Below, one piece after another: positions 1 to 10,000 of a DNA stretch of 64,000 nucleotides (positions within the stretch are counted from its first letter, which is position 1; each line of letters starts with the position of its first letter). The stretch comes from Bacillota bacterium (GTDB taxonomy: Bacteria; Bacillota_I; Bacilli_A; Izemoplasmatales; Hujiaoplasmataceae): assembly GCA_036824265.1 (NCBI GenBank), contig DAITAL010000002.1, positions 40,764 through 104,763 of the forward strand. Reading direction: 5' to 3'. The position numbers and the translations under genes were made by a program. A model generated the notes under the pieces. The model worked only from the letters and a program-made list of their open reading frames with translations. It searched no databases and had not been told where the DNA came from.

Positions 1-539
1 TTGAGCATGTAAATGGTGCTCTTCTTCATGTTTTTCTCTTCCAGGAAGTACTCCGAGATCTGGCCTCTGATGATTTCCGGATGGTTGCGTTTGAACCACA
101 GGACGATATTGGGATGGAAGGAATGCATCGCCCACAAGCCTTTGTAATCTTTCATCAGGTTGACGAAGTTCTCGCACAGGCGGATATAGTCGCCGTGATG
201 CTTGAGTTCGATGAGGAGCGGGACTCTCCCGCCGACCAGTTTCAAGACCTCTTTCAGAGTCGGAATCTTCTCGCCGGATGCAAGCAATTTCTTGGGTTTG
301 ATCTCGTCATAGCCGACATCGCGCAAAAACCGCTCGTCGCCCGTCATCCGCTTCAGGTCCTTGTCGTGAAAAACGACGATGGTGCCGTCTTTGAGAATGT
401 TGATGTCGAGTTCGATCCCGTAACCCTTTTCCAGGGCGAGTTTGAACGCTGCCAGCGAGTTTTCAGGAACCGATTTGTCCTCGGAGTGAAAGCCGCGGTG
501 GGCAAACAGGGTGGTCTTGATCCATTCAGTATTACGCAT
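1..539 (-). CDS. glycerophosphodiester phosphodiesterase (GDPD family), N-terminal part; C-terminus lies beyond window start
   Basis: Own reverse-strand translation from the ATG (complement of 537-539): MRNTEWIKTTLFAHRGFHSEDKSVPENSLAAFKLALEKGYGIELDINILKDGTIVVFHDKDL... The HRG and E-x-D motifs are typical of GDPD. GGAGG RBS at complement of 546-550. Absent from the ORF track because there is no stop in the window. Confidence 0.8.
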   Translation of the reverse strand, partial: MRNTEWIKTTLFAHRGFHSEDKSVPENSLAAFKLALEKGYGIELDINILKDGTIVVFHDKDLKRMTGDERFLRDVGYDEIKPKKLLASGEKIPTLKEVLKLVGGRVPLLIELKHHGDYIRLCENFVNLMKDYKGLWAMHSFHPNIVLWFKRNHPEIIRGQISEYFLEEKNMKKSTIYML

Positions 540-631
540 CGGGTACCTCCGAAACGATGTCATTTTCTCATATTATATCATGCTGGACCGGAAATGGACA
601 ATCATCTTTTTTCCATCTTCAGGGTGAGTCG

Positions 632-640
632 TGTTATAAT
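632..640 (+). promoter_or_regulatory. extended -10 promoter element (TGTTATAAT) upstream of the alcohol dehydrogenase gene
   Basis: TGnTATAAT at 632-640, about 25 nt upstream of the RBS AAAGGAG (651-657). No good -35. Confidence 0.45.
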
Positions 641-666
641 GTAAACCGACAAAGGAGTTGAGCGTT

Positions 667-1842
667 GTGAACAATTTTCGTCTCTACACGCCGACGGAGA
701 TCGTCTTTGGCAAAAATGCCGAAGCGGAAGTCGGCAAACTTTTGAAACAATATCGGGCAACCAGGGTCTTCCTCCATTATGGCGGCGGATCGGTTGTGAG
801 AAGCGGCCTGCTGGCAAAGGTTAAAGCGGAACTGGACAAGGAAGAAATCGCCCATTTCGAACTGGGAGGCGCGATGCCCAACCCCCGTAGCGGACTGGTT
901 TATGAAGGAATCGAACTGTGCCGCGAGCAGAAAGCGGACTTCGTGCTCGCCGTCGGTGGCGGTTCGGCGATCGACTCGGCCAAGGCGATCGCGGCCGGCG
1001 TCAAATATGCCGGCGACTTTTGGGACTTCTACACCGGCAAGGCCGTTATCAAGGACGCCCTGCCGATCGGTGTCGTGCTGACAATCCCGGCGGCCGGATC
1101 CGAAGGGTCCGCCAGCGCCGTGATCACCCAGGAAAACGGGATGTTCAAAAAAGGTGTCGTCAGCCGTCATTACCGGCCACGTTTTGCGATCATCAATCCG
1201 GAAACGGCCTATTCGCTCCCCAGGTTCCACCTGTTTGCCGGCGTCGTCGACATGATGAGCCACATCTTCGAACGCTATCTCACCAAGACGAGGGACGTGA
1301 TCCTGACCGACAGGATGTGCGAGGCGGTTCTGAAGTCGATCATCGAGGCCGCCCGGGCGGTGTTGAACAATCCGACCGACTACCAGGCGATGGCGACGAT
1401 CTTCTGGGCTTCGACGATCGCCCACAACGGCATTCTCGGCGTCGGCCGGGAAGAGGACTGGTCTTCGCACCTGTTGGAACATGAATTGAGCGCCTATTAC
1501 GACGTGTCCCATGGCGCCGGTTTGGCTGTGATTTTCCCGGCATTCATGCGCTACACGCTCACCGAGGATCCCAAACGATACAAACGACTGGCTGTTGAGG
1601 TCTTCGGCATCTCCGATGACGGCCGTGACGCCGAGACGATCGGCTTGGCCGGCATCGAGGCCCTCAAGCGCTTCTATCGCGAGATCGGCATGCCGCTTTC
1701 CTTCGCGGAACTGGGGGCAAAGCGGGCAGACATCCCTGCTCTCGTCGCCAAACTGCGGGAAAACCGGGGCGATGTCATCGGCAGTTTCAAGCGGCTTGCG
1801 ATGGAAGATGCCAAAAACATCTACCTGTTGGCCTGTGAATGA
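667..1842 (+). CDS. iron-containing (group III) alcohol dehydrogenase, butanol dehydrogenase/YqhD-like
   Basis: Translation ...FRLYTPTEIVFGKNAEAEVGKLL...LAVGGGSAIDSAKAIAAG... is typical of Fe-ADH. The ORF opens at TTG 658, but the RBS (651-657) abuts it, so in-frame GTG 667 is preferred. Confidence 0.85.
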   Translation: MNNFRLYTPTEIVFGKNAEAEVGKLLKQYRATRVFLHYGGGSVVRSGLLAKVKAELDKEEIAHFELGGAMPNPRSGLVYEGIELCREQKADFVLAVGGGSAIDSAKAIAAGVKYAGDFWDFYTGKAVIKDALPIGVVLTIPAAGSEGSASAVITQENGMFKKGVVSRHYRPRFAIINPETAYSLPRFHLFAGVVDMMSHIFERYLTKTRDVILTDRMCEAVLKSIIEAARAVLNNPTDYQAMATIFWASTIAHNGILGVGREEDWSSHLLEHELSAYYDVSHGAGLAVIFPAFMRYTLTEDPKRYKRLAVEVFGISDDGRDAETIGLAGIEALKRFYREIGMPLSFAELGAKRADIPALVAKLRENRGDVIGSFKRLAMEDAKNIYLLACE

Positions 1843-1853
1843 ACAGGATTGCC

Positions 1854-1885
1854 AAGGTGTTGTCGGGAGACAACGCCTTTTCCTT
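1854..1885 (+). terminator. rho-independent terminator after the ADH gene
   Basis: Stem GGTGTTGTC (1856-1864) / GACAACGCC (1869-1877), loop GGGA, then TTTT. Confidence 0.6.
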
Positions 1886-1966
1886 AAAAAGATGATCATC
1901 AGTGACGATATTTCTTCTGAAAACGCTTGTATCTATGCTAAAATATAAAGTGCGAGGTGAAAATAA

Positions 1967-3067
1967 ATGAGAATAGGTTGTGTCAAGGAAATCAAGAAGC
2001 TGGAATACCGTGTCGGTCTGACACCCAGCAGCGTCAAGGAATATGCCAATCACAAGCACCAGGTCTTCATCGAGAAAGGAGCGGGCGTAAATTCCGGATT
2101 TTCCGATCAGGACTACATCGACCAGGGAGCAACCATCCTTGAGGATGCGGCCTCCGTCTGGAACAAATCCGAAATGATCGTCAAGGTCAAGGAACCGCTG
2201 GCGGCGGAATACCAGTATTTCCGCCCCGGGCTGATCATCTACACCTATCTGCATCTGGCGGCTGACGAGCCGCTCACGATGAGCCTGCTCGAAAATAAGG
2301 TCAAAGGGGTCGCGTATGAAACCATCGTTTTACCTGACGGAGCGCTGCCCTGCTTGAAACCGATGAGCGAAGTCGCCGGCCGCCTCAGCGTGATCGAAGG
2401 CGCCAAACATCTGGAAAAGCCCTTCGGCGGTTCGGGGGTGCTGATTTCCGGCGTTCCCGGAGTGGCGCGTGCCAATGTCGCGATCATCGGTGCCGGCGTC
2501 GTCGGCGAGAACGCGCTCAAGATGGCCGTTGGCCTCAACGCCAACGTGACCGTCCTCGACATCAGCATGAAGAAACTCACCTATCTTGACGACATCTATG
2601 GCAACCGCATCACCACTCTCTACAGCAACAACCACAATATCGAAGAGGCGTGCGTGAACGCCGACCTCGTCGTGAGCGGCGTTTTGCTTCCGGGAGCGAA
2701 AGCGCCCAAACTGATCAAGCGCGAATTCTACAAGAAGATGCGCCCCGGCAGCGTCATCGTCGACGTCGCCATCGACCAGGGCGGTTCCACCGAAGTCAGC
2801 AAGGCCACCTATCACGACAACCCGACTTTCGTCGTCGATGGCATTCTCCACTACTGCGTCGCCAACATGCCGGGAGCCGTTCCCAGAACCTCGACCATCG
2901 CTCTCAACAACTCCACGCTCCGCTATGGTCTGATGATCGCCGACATGGGACTCGAGGCAGCGATCGCCTCCTGCAACCCATTGAAATTCGGCGTCAACAC
3001 CTACGAGGGCAAATGCACCTGCGAAGGCGTCGCCGCGGCATTCAATCTCGAATATCACGCACTATAA
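1967..3067 (+). CDS. ald: alanine dehydrogenase
   Basis: MRIGCVKEIKKLEYRVGLTPSSVKEY...KVKEPL...IIGAGVVG matches the AlaDH family throughout. RBS GAGGTGA upstream. Confidence 0.93.
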   Translation: MRIGCVKEIKKLEYRVGLTPSSVKEYANHKHQVFIEKGAGVNSGFSDQDYIDQGATILEDAASVWNKSEMIVKVKEPLAAEYQYFRPGLIIYTYLHLAADEPLTMSLLENKVKGVAYETIVLPDGALPCLKPMSEVAGRLSVIEGAKHLEKPFGGSGVLISGVPGVARANVAIIGAGVVGENALKMAVGLNANVTVLDISMKKLTYLDDIYGNRITTLYSNNHNIEEACVNADLVVSGVLLPGAKAPKLIKREFYKKMRPGSVIVDVAIDQGGSTEVSKATYHDNPTFVVDGILHYCVANMPGAVPRTSTIALNNSTLRYGLMIADMGLEAAIASCNPLKFGVNTYEGKCTCEGVAAAFNLEYHAL

Positions 3068-3082
3068 ACAGAAAACGCGATC

Positions 3083-3111
3083 ACCGCACCCGGCCGGGTG
3101 CGGTTTTCTTT
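3083..3111 (+). terminator. rho-independent terminator after ald
   Basis: ACCGCACCC / GGGTGCGGT stem, GGCC loop, followed by TTTTCTTT. Confidence 0.75.
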
Positions 3112-3206
3112 AAATAATAAACTGGCCGGCGCTCTGGTTTTTAAAAATAAACAATTGTTTACTTTTTCGTCAATCTGGTATATACTGAAATCAGGGAGGG
3201 GTCTGT

Positions 3207-4226
3207 ATGAAATGTTTCGTAACCGGTGCGACCGGACATATCGGCAATGTTCTCGTCAGGGATCTTTATGCCGCGGGCCACGAAGTGGCTGCGTTGGTGC
3301 TCCCAAGAGACAACCACAAGATGATCGATCCTTACGCAAAAATCATCGTCGGCAACATCCTCGACCGCGATTTTCTGCTTGCCTGCATTCAAGGATATGA
3401 CATTGTCTTCCATCTGGCCGGCATCGTCGAGATCGGTTCGGGCAAGAAGCAACTGCTCTTTGCCGTCAACGTCCAAGGCACGAAGAACATCGTCCATGCC
3501 TGTTTGAAAAACAAGATCAGAAGACTGGTGTACACTTCGAGCGTCCATGCTATCCCCGAACTGAAGAAAGGCTTGACAATGACGGAAATCGACCACTTCG
3601 ATCCCCGCCTGGTCAAGGGGCTTTATGCGAAGACCAAGGCGATCGCCACCGATTACGTGTTGAATCACCGCGATCTTGGTCTCGAAATCGTCGTCGTCCA
3701 CCCTTCCGGCGTGATTGGACCCTATGATTATCAGCTTTCCAACGTCAGCCAGCTGTTCGTCGATTTTCTGATGGGGAGACTCACTGCCTATCTCAAGGGC
3801 GGCTACAACTTCGTGGACGTGAGAGACGTCGCCAGGGGCATCCGCCTGGCTGGTGAAATCGGTCGCAGCGGCGAATGCTACATCCTCTCGGGACACGAGA
3901 TCACCGTCAAGGAACTGCTCGATCTGATCGCCGACGAGACAGGCAGGAAAAGGATCCGCACCAAACTCGCCTATTGGTTCATCCTGGCGATGAGTTACTT
4001 CGCGGAAGCCTACTACCTGACGATCAAGCAGAAACCGCTCTTCACCCACTACTCCGTGGTCGTCCTGAATTCCAACCGCGCCTTTGACAACACCAAGGCC
4101 ATCACCGAACTAGGCTTTGCGACAAGACCGCTCGCCGCATCGGTCAAGGACGCGCTCGCCTTCGCCAAGGCCAACTACCTGGAGAAGAAGAACGGGAAAT
4201 ACAAACGCAAACTGCAGATCGAATGA
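3207..4226 (+). CDS. NAD-dependent epimerase/dehydratase (extended SDR, dihydroflavonol-reductase-like)
   Basis: N-terminal Rossmann motif MKCFVTGATGHIGNVLVRDL and YxxxK (YAKTK). RBS GGGAGGGG upstream. Confidence 0.8.
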   Translation: MKCFVTGATGHIGNVLVRDLYAAGHEVAALVLPRDNHKMIDPYAKIIVGNILDRDFLLACIQGYDIVFHLAGIVEIGSGKKQLLFAVNVQGTKNIVHACLKNKIRRLVYTSSVHAIPELKKGLTMTEIDHFDPRLVKGLYAKTKAIATDYVLNHRDLGLEIVVVHPSGVIGPYDYQLSNVSQLFVDFLMGRLTAYLKGGYNFVDVRDVARGIRLAGEIGRSGECYILSGHEITVKELLDLIADETGRKRIRTKLAYWFILAMSYFAEAYYLTIKQKPLFTHYSVVVLNSNRAFDNTKAITELGFATRPLAASVKDALAFAKANYLEKKNGKYKRKLQIE

Positions 4227-4229
4227 CCT

Positions 4230-4264
4230 AACCGGCAGAGACAAACCCTCTGCCGGTTTTTTTC
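4230..4264 (+). terminator. rho-independent terminator
   Basis: AACCGGCAGAG / CTCTGCCGGTT stem followed by a T7 run. Confidence 0.8.
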
Positions 4265-4331
4265 TGGCCCGCGCTTCCCTTTTAGGCTCGGAAAACGGGC
4301 TCCGGTGTTGTATAATAGAAACGGTGAGAAG

Positions 4332-6683
4332 ATGAAAGACATCAGAGTCAGCGCCAAAGACATCGCCGAGCTTTTGTTCGGTTCGGGAAACATCGCCTCC
4401 GAAAGCATGCTCAACCTCCGGGCGGAGGAAGGCCAGCAAATCCATAAATATTGGCAGGATCGATACAAAGAAGCCGATCTCCGGGAAGTGGCCGTCGCGC
4501 TAACAGTCGAACGCGACGATTTTCGCATGGAAATCACCGGCCGGATCGATGGGATCCTCACCCGTGACGGCGAGCTGATGCTCGAGGAAATCAAGTCGAC
4601 GCATATGGATTTCGAGTTGCTCGACGAGAAGACGTTCCCCGCGCACCTCGCCCAGGCGAAACTCTATGCCCACCTGTATGTTGTGAACAACAGACTGCCG
4701 CGACTGACGGTAATCCTCACCTACATCGACGTCGAAACCAAGGATATCTGGCAATATGAGAAAAACTTCTCCGCCAAAGTCCTGCAAAACTACTTCGAGA
4801 AGACAATCGCCAAATACGTCGAATGGATGCGCAAGATCAGTGACCATGAGGCCGCCAGACAGAAATCGATCGAGGGGTTGACATTCCCCTTCGCCAGCTA
4901 CCGGCTGGGACAGCGGGAAATGATGGCCCATGTCTACCGGACCATCCTCGACCGCGGCATCATCTACATTGCCGCCCCAACCGGGATCGGCAAGACTTCC
5001 GCCACCCTGTTCGCCACGCTCAAGGCGATCAACGCCCCCAGGCAGAAAGTGTTCTACCTGACGGCCAAGAACGACGGCAAGCAGATCGCCGTCGCGACGA
5101 TCGCCCTCATGGAGGAACGCGGCCTGGTCGCCAAGACCTGCGAGATCACGGCCAAGGACCAAAGTTGTTTCCTCAAGGAAAGAGACTGCGATCCCGACGT
5201 CTGCAAATACGCAAACGGCTATTACTCCCGCGTATACAAAGCGATCCGCGACATTTTCGCAAACGAGAGTCTGCTGACCAAAAGCGTGATCAGAAACTAC
5301 GCCCGCAAACACCGCATCTGTCCCTTCGAGTTTTCCCTCGATCTTTCCAATTATTGCGACATCCTGATCGGCGACTACAACTACGCCTTCGACCCCAGGG
5401 TCCGCCTGATCCGCTATTTCGAGGAAAAGATCGCCGATCCGATCCTGTTGGTCGACGAAGCCCACAATCTGGTCGCCAGAAGCCGGGAAATGTACAGCGC
5501 CGCGATTGACGAGTCGATGTTCAAGACGCTTCTGGAACTGACCAAGCCGCTCAAACCGAATCCGAAACGGGAAATCAGCCGGATCCTCGATCTCTTCGCC
5601 GAACTCGATCTCGAGCTGATCGAAGTCGACTTCGTCAAACATGAGGAACCAAACGATTACCTGCTGCAACTCGCCAAACGCCTGCTCGTAAAACTCGATC
5701 AGGTGCTCACGACCGACAAAAAGATCGCCAACCGCAGCCAGATCATGGATGCATATTTCGCTGTCAGCCAGTTCGTGCGCGCCGGCGAGATCTTCAACGA
5801 TGATTTCGTTTTTCTCCTGGAAAGGACGGAAGGCACATTCCGGGCGTCGATCAGGTGCCTGGACGCGAGCGCGTTCATCCTGAACACCCTGAAGGACGCG
5901 GCGCTCGCCAGCGTCTTCTTCAGCGCCACCTTGGATCCAATCGAATACTACAAGACGCTCATCACCAAGACCGAAGGCCAGGACGTGAAGATGCCCTCGC
6001 CCTTCAAGCAGGAAAACCTGCTCTTGTTGTGCGTCGATACGATCTCGACCCGCTACCAGGACCGCAAGGACTCGCTCGCCGAGATCGCGGAGATCGCCAG
6101 GACGCTTATCGAGGGCAAAAAGGGGAACTACATCATGTTCTTCCCCTCCTATGAATATCTGAAGATGGTCGAGGCGGCGCTATCCTTCTCCGAGACCGTC
6201 GACGTCATCAAGCAGACCAGGGAGATGTCCCAGGAGGACCGGACCCAGACGATCACGATGTTCAAGACGGAAACCGCCAAGACCCAGGTGGGTCTGTTCG
6301 TGATGGGCGGCGTGTTCGCCGAGTCGATCGACCTGATCGGCGACATGCTCTCGGGCGTGTTGATCGTCGGCGTCGGTCTGCCTGGACTTTCCCCCTTCAA
6401 CAACATCCTCCGCTCCCATTTCGACGAGAAGTTCCACCAGGGCTTCGATTATGCCTATACCTATCCCGGACTGAACAAGGTGATCCAGGCCGTCGGGCGC
6501 GTCATCCGCACCAAGACCGACCGCGGCGTCGCGATCCTCGTCGACGACCGGTTCGCCTCCCCCAAATACCAGAAACTCTTTCCCCGCGAGTGGAGCCACC
6601 TCCGCGTTGTCAGGGACATTGCGGAGATCAGAAACAGGATCGCCGTTTTCTGGAAGCGGGAAGCCGATATTTCCCAGGAGTAG
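4332..6683 (+). CDS. DinG/XPD-type Fe-S DNA helicase with an N-terminal PD-(D/E)XK-like nuclease domain
   Basis: Walker A AAPTGIGKTSA, four-Cys cluster TCEI..SCFL..DCDPDVCKY, DEAH box VDEAHNL, C-terminal VGRVIRTKTDRG. The N-terminus has GRIDGI..LEEIKSTH..QAKLYAHLY. The ORF opens at 4305, but TATAAT at 4311-4316 lies inside that extension, so ATG 4332 is preferred. Confidence 0.8.
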   Translation: MKDIRVSAKDIAELLFGSGNIASESMLNLRAEEGQQIHKYWQDRYKEADLREVAVALTVERDDFRMEITGRIDGILTRDGELMLEEIKSTHMDFELLDEKTFPAHLAQAKLYAHLYVVNNRLPRLTVILTYIDVETKDIWQYEKNFSAKVLQNYFEKTIAKYVEWMRKISDHEAARQKSIEGLTFPFASYRLGQREMMAHVYRTILDRGIIYIAAPTGIGKTSATLFATLKAINAPRQKVFYLTAKNDGKQIAVATIALMEERGLVAKTCEITAKDQSCFLKERDCDPDVCKYANGYYSRVYKAIRDIFANESLLTKSVIRNYARKHRICPFEFSLDLSNYCDILIGDYNYAFDPRVRLIRYFEEKIADPILLVDEAHNLVARSREMYSAAIDESMFKTLLELTKPLKPNPKREISRILDLFAELDLELIEVDFVKHEEPNDYLLQLAKRLLVKLDQVLTTDKKIANRSQIMDAYFAVSQFVRAGEIFNDDFVFLLERTEGTFRASIRCLDASAFILNTLKDAALASVFFSATLDPIEYYKTLITKTEGQDVKMPSPFKQENLLLLCVDTISTRYQDRKDSLAEIAEIARTLIEGKKGNYIMFFPSYEYLKMVEAALSFSETVDVIKQTREMSQEDRTQTITMFKTETAKTQVGLFVMGGVFAESIDLIGDMLSGVLIVGVGLPGLSPFNNILRSHFDEKFHQGFDYAYTYPGLNKVIQAVGRVIRTKTDRGVAILVDDRFASPKYQKLFPREWSHLRVVRDIAEIRNRIAVFWKREADISQE

Positions 6684-6767
6684 ACCGCCTATCGGTGTTT
6701 TTGGCCAGTTTTCGCGTACATGCACGTATAATTAAGGAAAAAAGTGCGATTTCCCGGGAAAAAGAAC

Positions 6768-6796
6768 TTGCATTTTTTTTCTTAATTTGTTATCAT
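6768..6796 (+). promoter_or_regulatory. sigma-A type promoter of the S10 operon
   Basis: TTGCAT (6768-6773), 17 nt spacer with TGn, TATCAT (6791-6796). About 140 nt leader before rpsJ. Confidence 0.6.
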
Positions 6797-6940
6797 AATC
6801 AAGGCCTGTGAAAAACAGGACGGCAGAGATTTGTAAGGTTGCTGACACACACGTAGGCGTTGTTATGATGCGCGTCGGAGGTCAGGGAATTTACAATGAG
6901 CCGGTATATAAGCCAATTATATGCATAGGAGGAGCTTTCA

Positions 6941-7252
6941 ATGGCAACAAACCAGCAAGTAATCAGAATCAGACTCAAGTCCTACGATCACAGATTGTTG
7001 GACCAATCCGCGAAGAAGATCGTCGACACTGCGAAGAAAACCGGAGCCACCGTTTCCGGTCCGATCCCCCTGCCGACGGAAAAAGAGATCTTCACGATCT
7101 TGAGAAGTCCGCATGTGAACAAGGACTCGCGCGAACAGTTTGAGAGACGGACGCACAAGCGTCTGATCGACATCGTCAATCCATCCGCAAAAACGATCGA
7201 TTCGTTGATGCATTTGGATCTGCCATCCGGTGTCGACATCGTCTTGAAGTAA
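6941..7252 (+). CDS. rpsJ: 30S ribosomal protein S10
   Basis: [36 protein letters not shown]... AGGAGG RBS. First gene of the S10 operon. Confidence 0.98.
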   Translation: MATNQQVIRIRLKSYDHRLLDQSAKKIVDTAKKTGATVSGPIPLPTEKEIFTILRSPHVNKDSREQFERRTHKRLIDIVNPSAKTIDSLMHLDLPSGVDIVLK

Positions 7253-7276
7253 GAATCCAACGTAGGAGGTGTACTC

Positions 7277-7909
7277 ATGGCAAAAGGTATCTTAGGAAGA
7301 AAAGTCGGAATGACGCAGATTTTCGACGAACTCGGCAGACTGATCCCCGTGACGGTGATCGAAGTGACGCCCAACGTCGTGCTGCAAAAGAAAAATGTCG
7401 CCACCGATGGCTACGAAGCCGTCCAGCTCGGATTCATGGACAAACGCGCAAACCTCGTGAACAAACCCGAGAGCGGACACTTCGCCAAAGCCGGTGTCGC
7501 GCCTAAGCGCTACGTAAAAGAACTTCGCCTTTCCGGAATGATGGAATACGAAGTCGGCCAGGAGGTCAAATGCGATATATTTGGCGCCGGTGATTATGTA
7601 GACGTTACAGGCACTTCAAAGGGAAAGGGATTCCAGGGCAACATCAAGCGCCACAACTTCAGCACCGGTCCGATGGCTCACGGATCCAAATCCCACCGCA
7701 CGGTCGGCTCGATGGGCACGATCGCCCCGAACCGCGTCCGCAAGGGCAAGAAAATGCCTGGCAGAATGGGACATGACACGGTGACGATCCAAAATCTGGT
7801 CGTCGTCCGCGCCGACGCCGAGAACAACGTCTTGCTCATCAGAGGCAACGTTCCCGGACCGAACAAGGCACTCATCGTCATCAAGAGCGCCATCAAGAAG
7901 AACAAATAA
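7277..7909 (+). CDS. rplC: 50S ribosomal protein L3
   Basis: [18 protein letters not shown]...; conserved operon position. Confidence 0.98.
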   Translation: MAKGILGRKVGMTQIFDELGRLIPVTVIEVTPNVVLQKKNVATDGYEAVQLGFMDKRANLVNKPESGHFAKAGVAPKRYVKELRLSGMMEYEVGQEVKCDIFGAGDYVDVTGTSKGKGFQGNIKRHNFSTGPMAHGSKSHRTVGSMGTIAPNRVRKGKKMPGRMGHDTVTIQNLVVVRADAENNVLLIRGNVPGPNKALIVIKSAIKKNK

Positions 7910-7937
7910 GGGCCATCGCTGGAAGGAGGAAAACAAA

Positions 7938-8561
7938 ATGCCTAAAATAGCACTATACAACCAACTGGGAGAAACCATCGGCGAAGTCGAACTTGCGGAT
8001 TCCGTATTCGCAGTCGCCCAGAACCAACAAGTCGTCTATGACGTCGTCAAAGCTCAGACCGCAGCGATGCGCCAGGGAACAGCCAAAGCCAAAGGCCGCT
8101 CGGAAGTGTCCGGCGGCGGTAGGAAACCCTACCGGCAAAAAGGCACCGGCCATGCCCGTCAGGGAACGATCAACGCCCCGCAATATGTCGGCGGCGGGAT
8201 CGTCTTCGGACCGACTCCCCGCAGTTACGACTATAAAGTCAACAAAAAGATCCGTCGTCTGGCCTTGAGGATCGTCTTATCCGACAAGGTCCGCGAAGAA
8301 AACCTGCTCGTCATCGACGGTTTCAACCTCGAATCGCACAAGACGAAGGGGATCGTCGGGATCCTTGACAACCTCAAACAAGACGGCAAGATCATGCTCG
8401 TCGTCGACGAAGTCAGTGAAACCCTGGACATCGCGACGAAGAACCTGCCGAACGTCACCACCGTGACCTTCGACCATATCAGCGTCTACGACGTGATGAA
8501 CGCCGGAAGCATCATCGCGACGAATGCCGCAATCAAGAAAATCGAGGAGGCATTAAGCTGA
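7938..8561 (+). CDS. rplD: 50S ribosomal protein L4
   Basis: ...GGGRKPYRQKGTGHARQG... motif; operon position. Confidence 0.98.
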   Translation: MPKIALYNQLGETIGEVELADSVFAVAQNQQVVYDVVKAQTAAMRQGTAKAKGRSEVSGGGRKPYRQKGTGHARQGTINAPQYVGGGIVFGPTPRSYDYKVNKKIRRLALRIVLSDKVREENLLVIDGFNLESHKTKGIVGILDNLKQDGKIMLVVDEVSETLDIATKNLPNVTTVTFDHISVYDVMNAGSIIATNAAIKKIEEALS

Positions 8562-8563
8562 CC

Positions 8564-8845
8564 ATGGACAAATTTCAGATCATCAAGGCGCCGATCGTCT
8601 CCGAAAAATCGACAAAACTGGCAGAACAGCGCAAATATACTTTCGAAGTCGACAGAAACGCCAACAAGATCCAAATCAAAGACGCTATCGAAGAAATCTT
8701 CAAGGTGAAAGTCCTTAAGGTGAATGTGATCAACAGCATCCCGAAGGCAAAGCGCGTCGGGAAATACTCCGGGTTCAAACCCGCGGTAACCAAGGCGGTC
8801 GTTACGCTTGCGGAAGGCTATAAGATCGACATTTACGCTTCGTAG
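8564..8845 (+). CDS. rplW: 50S ribosomal protein L23
   Basis: [30 protein letters not shown]...; operon position. Confidence 0.97.
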   Translation: MDKFQIIKAPIVSEKSTKLAEQRKYTFEVDRNANKIQIKDAIEEIFKVKVLKVNVINSIPKAKRVGKYSGFKPAVTKAVVTLAEGYKIDIYAS

Positions 8846-8862
8846 ACGGGAGGATACAACTA

Positions 8863-9693
8863 ATGGCCATTATCAAATATAAACCGCGTACCAACGGTCT
8901 CCGTGGGATGACCAAACTGGATTATGCGGAAATCACGAAAACCGAGCCAGAGAAAAGCCTGACATCGCCCCTCAAGAAAAATGCGGGTCGCAACAATCAG
9001 GGCAAGATCACGGTCCGCCATCAGGCGGGCGGCGCGAAACGCAAATACCGGACGATCGACTTCAAGCGCAACAAGGATGGCATCCCCGGAAACGTCGCCG
9101 CGATCGAATACGATCCCAACAGAAGCGCCAACATCGCCCTCATCAACTACGCTGACGGCGAGAAGCGCTATATCCTCGCCCCCAAAGGCTTAAGTGTCGG
9201 CATGACGGTCGCCTCCGGGGACAACGTCGACATCATCATTGGCAACTCGATGCCGATCAAGAACATCCCCGTCGGCAGCTTCATCCACAACATCGAACTC
9301 TATCCCGGCCGCGGCGGTCAACTGATCCGCGCCGCCGGCACCAGCGCCCAGATTCTCGGCCGCGAGGAGAAGTACGTCCTCGTCCGCCTGAAATCGGGCG
9401 AAGTCAGACGCATCTTGGGCGTCTGTCGCGCCACCGTCGGCGAAGTCGGCAACGAGTTCCACGAACTCGTCAAGATCGGCAAAGCCGGCAGACACCGCCA
9501 CATGGGCGTCAAGCCGACCGTCAGAGGCTCGGCCATGAACCCGATCGACCATCCGCATGGCGGCGGCGAAGGCAAACAGCCGATCGGCCACCCCTCCCCG
9601 CTCACACCATGGGGCAAACCCGCGCTCGGCAAGATCACCCGCAAGAACAAAAAAGCCAGCAACGCTCTGATCGTCAGACGCAGGAACAAGTAG
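8863..9693 (+). CDS. rplB: 50S ribosomal protein L2
   Basis: [16 protein letters not shown]...[13 protein letters not shown]... Confidence 0.98.
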   Translation: MAIIKYKPRTNGLRGMTKLDYAEITKTEPEKSLTSPLKKNAGRNNQGKITVRHQAGGAKRKYRTIDFKRNKDGIPGNVAAIEYDPNRSANIALINYADGEKRYILAPKGLSVGMTVASGDNVDIIIGNSMPIKNIPVGSFIHNIELYPGRGGQLIRAAGTSAQILGREEKYVLVRLKSGEVRRILGVCRATVGEVGNEFHELVKIGKAGRHRHMGVKPTVRGSAMNPIDHPHGGGEGKQPIGHPSPLTPWGKPALGKITRKNKKASNALIVRRRNK

Positions 9694-9711
9694 GAAAGGA
9701 GGAACTCATAA

Positions 9712-9999
9712 ATGTCACGTTCAGTCAAAAAGGGTCCGTTTTGCGACGACCATCTGCTTAAAAAAATCACCGAGGCCAACAAGTCGGGATCGAAGAAAGT
9801 CATCCAGACCTGGTCCAGACGTTCGACCATCTTTCCCCAGTTCGTCGGTTTGACCATCGGCGTCCACAACGGCAAGGAACATATCCCCGTCTACATCACG
9901 GAGGACATGGTCGGCCACAAATTGGGCGAGTTCTCTCCCACCCGCACCTTCAGAGGCCACGCGGACAAGAAAGTCATGAAGAAAGGTGGCACCAAGTAA
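9712..9999 (+). CDS. rpsS: 30S ribosomal protein S19
   Basis: [19 protein letters not shown]...[12 protein letters not shown]... Confidence 0.98.
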   Translation: MSRSVKKGPFCDDHLLKKITEANKSGSKKVIQTWSRRSTIFPQFVGLTIGVHNGKEHIPVYITEDMVGHKLGEFSPTRTFRGHADKKVMKKGGTK

Positions 10000-10000
10000 G

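Noticed and set aside
81-644. 187-aa + strand ORF at the window start
   Set aside because: It is antisense to a clearly recognisable GDPD phosphodiesterase gene (minus strand, 1-539) and has no recognisable motifs or RBS. Typical GC-rich antisense ORF.
634-1899. 421-aa minus-strand ORF
   Set aside because: Fully antisense to the Fe-alcohol dehydrogenase gene. Arg/Gly/Asp-rich low-complexity translation typical of shadow ORFs.
6808-7143. 111-aa + strand ORF spanning the S10 leader and the rpsJ 5' end
   Set aside because: It overlaps rpsJ out of frame, has no RBS, and its composition is unremarkable. rpsJ is certain.
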